A DNA stretch of 15,440 nt, from the IMG/VR virus record IMGVR_UViG_3300000756_000006. One strand, written 5' to 3'. A program made the position numbers and the translations under genes. This DNA comes from a virus. Positions 13,065 to 15,440 of the stretch are shown one piece after another; position 1 is the first letter of the stretch, and the number at the start of each line of letters is the position of its first letter. The notes under the pieces were generated by a model. The model searched no databases and was not told where the DNA came from. It saw nothing but the letters and a program-made list of their open reading frames with translations.

Positions 13065-14869
13065 TGTGGGATTGCCCCTGCAAAATTAAGATTATTGCCA
13101 TAGCGGTTATTTTGTTGTACAGCATCCTGTACTACCTGAATTAGACCGCTAGTTTTATCTACAATAGTTATCTCGACACCTTGTGGTACTTGTCTTCCTG
13201 TGCCATTGAGCCCTAGCCCTGCTGTAGAGCCCGTAAATCGCTCAGGCATATTAGATATAGATGCACCTGTAAATGGCTCGTAGCCGCCTAGCGTTGCTTG
13301 TTGTGATGGCGTTAAAGACTCAAAGGCAGATGCGGTCGTACCCTTAAATGTAGATAAAATCTTAGATACGTTTTGTGTTGCAGTAGGTGAGGTAGTTTGT
13401 GTTGCAGTTATAGGCGTAATTTTTATGCTTGCCATAGCTTGCAGTAAGGCTAGGGCCGCGTTGAGGTTAGCCAGGTTTATAAGATCTTTAGGCACAAGCC
13501 CAGTTAAAATAGTTCCTATGGCTAACAGTTGTGTTTTCTGCCCAGTTAGCGCACTTAAAATACCTAAGTCTGCATTTAGTTTTGTAGTTGCAGCAGTTAT
13601 AGCAGCCTGGTCTTTGCTTGCTATTGCATCCTCTAGATCAGATATAGACTTTTTAACATTAAGGCGTGCTGTGTCGTTTGCTATCTGTATCAGCTGTGCG
13701 GCACTTGTTGCCTTGCCTAGTTGCTCAGCTTGGTTAGTAAGAGCTGCTGCGTTTTGTATCTTGTCTAAATCAAAGACATCTGCACCCTGAGCTAGGGCTA
13801 GGTTGCCCTTGTCTATGGCTAGCTGTAGTTGCTTAGCCTTTAACTTGGCTAATTCATCGGCTGTCAATTTTGTTGTTATTGTGGCTGTTTTCTTTATGAC
13901 CTTGAACTGCTCATTAAGGTTTTTAAGGTGTGCGTTATCGGTTGCTTTTTGTATGCCTGCAACCTTGCCATATGCGCGGAAAGAGTCTAGTAAGCCATCT
14001 TTGCCAAACACTAAAAACTCTTTAGGCAAACTTAAAGGATTACTAAACAGCCTGCCTAAAAAATCACCTAATACAGGCAGTTTTTCTAGCTCTGTAACTA
14101 ATTTAGCAGCTGAGACAATACTTTCGGACAAACCTAGTGCTAGGTCATCTATAGCGTTTGTAACGCTTACTATGCCTGTTTCGCCGCCTAATATTTGTAG
14201 TGCCTCTATTAAGCCTTTGCCTATAGTTTCTTGTGCGTTTGCAGAGGATACGTTTAGTTTGTCTATAGATCCCTGAAAGGTGTTAGCAGCAGCTGTAGCC
14301 GAGCCTGCAAAGGTCGTACTTAGCTGTGCGACTATCTCATCAAACTTGCCAGCCTTTAGATCTGCCTTAGATATACCTACGCCTAATTTAGATAGCGCTG
14401 TGTTATTGCCTAAAAATGCTTTACTTAGCGCACCAGTTACGCTGCCTAAATCGCGGCCTGTAGATGCGCTTATGTCTAGGCTGAGATTAAATAGTTTTTG
14501 TGCCTGGTCAGAGTCACGCGTGGCAACCGCTAGAGTCTGATAGGCCGGGCGCAGTAAATCATCAACAATGCCAAACTCACTTTGTAGGCGCTGTATGTAT
14601 TCCTCAGAGCTAGCAGCATCTCTGCCTAAGCCTACATTTTTTAAGGCTAAAGCTAGTTGTTTTTGTGCCTTTTCATCTGCTGCTGCTGCGCGTAAAGAGG
14701 CTCTGCTGTAGGCAAGGATGGCTGTAGTACCAAAAGCCAGGCCTAAAGTCTTGGCCAGTTTTCCTACGTTTTTACTTAGTTTTTGTGTAGCTGTATCTGC
14801 CTGGTTAAATGCTTTTTTGCCTGTGTATTCGGCGGCTATATTTATTACTACTGAGGGATCAACAGCCAT
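13061..14869 (-). CDS. Tail tape measure protein, 602 aa
   Basis: A long Ala/Leu/Gln/Lys-rich helical protein with a TP901-type core (LSLDISASTGRDLGSVTGALSKAFLG...), positioned upstream of Dit. Confidence 0.75.
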   Translation of the reverse strand: MAVDPSVVINIAAEYTGKKAFNQADTATQKLSKNVGKLAKTLGLAFGTTAILAYSRASLRAAAADEKAQKQLALALKNVGLGRDAASSEEYIQRLQSEFGIVDDLLRPAYQTLAVATRDSDQAQKLFNLSLDISASTGRDLGSVTGALSKAFLGNNTALSKLGVGISKADLKAGKFDEIVAQLSTTFAGSATAAANTFQGSIDKLNVSSANAQETIGKGLIEALQILGGETGIVSVTNAIDDLALGLSESIVSAAKLVTELEKLPVLGDFLGRLFSNPLSLPKEFLVFGKDGLLDSFRAYGKVAGIQKATDNAHLKNLNEQFKVIKKTATITTKLTADELAKLKAKQLQLAIDKGNLALAQGADVFDLDKIQNAAALTNQAEQLGKATSAAQLIQIANDTARLNVKKSISDLEDAIASKDQAAITAATTKLNADLGILSALTGQKTQLLAIGTILTGLVPKDLINLANLNAALALLQAMASIKITPITATQTTSPTATQNVSKILSTFKGTTASAFESLTPSQQATLGGYEPFTGASISNMPERFTGSTAGLGLNGTGRQVPQGVEITIVDKTSGLIQVVQDAVQQNNRYGNNLNFAGAIPQ

Positions 14870-15440
14870 TACTTAACCCCCATAGCATTATAAAACTTAA
14901 TCTTAGAGTTTTCTATTGCCTTTAAGACAGCAGCGTTAGTCTTGCCGCCGTCCTCTTTCCACGCTCTAAATATTGCGCGGCCCTTCATTTTACGGCTTCT
15001 TTTCCCTGCGCCTGTTTGATTATTGGCATCTACTATGCGGCCGTATTGATCTATAGCCTCAATAAACATATTGCCTGCGCCAGGGTTATTACTTTTAGAT
15101 TGTGTTTTAGTGCCTGAGCGTATCATTTTGCCATAATTGCTCTGACCTTGACGCACAACCTGAGCCATAGGCGCTTGATCTCTGCCGTTAGGATATAAGC
15201 GGCCTGCTGTTTCATAAATAGACCCTGCCGCACTTGCATTAGCAATACGAGCAATAGACGTAAAACCTTTTTTGTTAGGTTTAGAGGCTGTGGTTTTATA
15301 GCCGATGCCAGCTTTAGCCGCGCTTGTACTCCATAGCCGACCTTTTTCTGTCCATAAAGCCGTAGCGCTACTTTTACCCCAGCCGCTAAGCGGCGCTTGT
15401 GACGGAATAAAACCTCTAGCAGTTTTTACTATAGGTGCTA
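14869..15440 (-). CDS. C-terminal part of the junction-spanning 223-aa protein (unique part 14869-15339; 15340-15440 duplicates codons already counted at 1-101)
   Basis: The track ORF (99 aa from ATG 15168) has no stop upstream. 15339-15169 reads RLWSTSAAKAGIGYKTTASKPNKKGFTSIARIANASAAGSIYETAGRLYPNGRDQAP in the same frame and remains open to the window edge. A TAATG junction links it to the tape measure gene. Confidence 0.6.
   Translation of the reverse strand, partial: APIVKTARGFIPSQAPLSGWGKSSATALWTEKGRLWSTSAAKAGIGYKTTASKPNKKGFTSIARIANASAAGSIYETAGRLYPNGRDQAPMAQVVRQGQSNYGKMIRSGTKTQSKSNNPGAGNMFIEAIDQYGRIVDANNQTGAGKRSRKMKGRAIFRAWKEDGGKTNAAVLKAIENSKIKFYNAMGVK
15340..15440. repeat. Right copy of the exact 101-bp terminal direct repeat
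   Basis: Identical to 1-101. The repeat is bounded by the window edges, and base 15339 (g) is the last unique base. Confidence 0.95.

Larger units (their letters stand above)
1..15339 (-). mobile_element. Complete genome unit (15,339 bp) of a very small siphovirus-like HK97-fold tailed phage, with all genes co-oriented on the minus strand
   Basis: There is an exact 101-bp overlap between the two window ends. A full packaging/head/neck/tail/lysis gene set is present, and an ORF continues in frame across the junction. Confidence 0.8.

Noticed and set aside
1-15440. Search for tRNA genes, CRISPR arrays, integrase/att sites and a repressor
   Set aside because: Essentially all sequence is occupied by minus-strand ORFs. 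I saw no cloverleaf-capable gap, no spaced direct-repeat array, and no tyrosine or serine recombinase motifs.

Overview
This window is a complete phage genome, not a chromosomal fragment. Bases 1-101 recur exactly at 15340-15440, so the sequence closes on itself into a 15,339-bp unit that was linearised inside a gene. It reads as a very small, siphovirus-like, HK97-fold tailed phage.

I count about 26 genes, all on the minus strand. They are packed with ATGA, TAATG and TAAAATG stop/start junctions, and the only sizeable non-coding gap is 8790-8896.

Gene order along the minus strand, starting at that gap:
- Candidate promoter, then a 53-aa membrane protein missing from the ORF track.
- A Rad52/Sak-like protein with a Cys/His tail, a Zn ribbon, a PD-(D/E)xK nuclease, and a second Zn ribbon.
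- A secreted Apf/SLT-like muralytic protein whose 5' part is a 20% GC repeat-bearing tract.
- HNH endonuclease, large terminase, portal, and a prohead-protease/major-capsid fusion followed by a strong hairpin.
- Head-tail connector, neck protein, a 38-aa ORF, and the tail tube protein.
- Tail assembly chaperone with a classical -1 frameshift site (CCCTTTG).
- A 223-aa basic protein that spans the genome junction.
- Tape measure, Dit, and a tail fibre with a low-GC C-terminal cassette plus a small downstream ORF.
- M15 endolysin, holin, and two unknowns (a 122-aa Cys/Trp/Gly-rich protein and a 70-aa TM/coiled-coil protein).

I could not recognise an integrase, repressor, DNA polymerase, primase, helicase, small terminase, Tal/hub protein, tRNA or CRISPR array.

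All functional calls come from motif recognition by eye. No database search was run.
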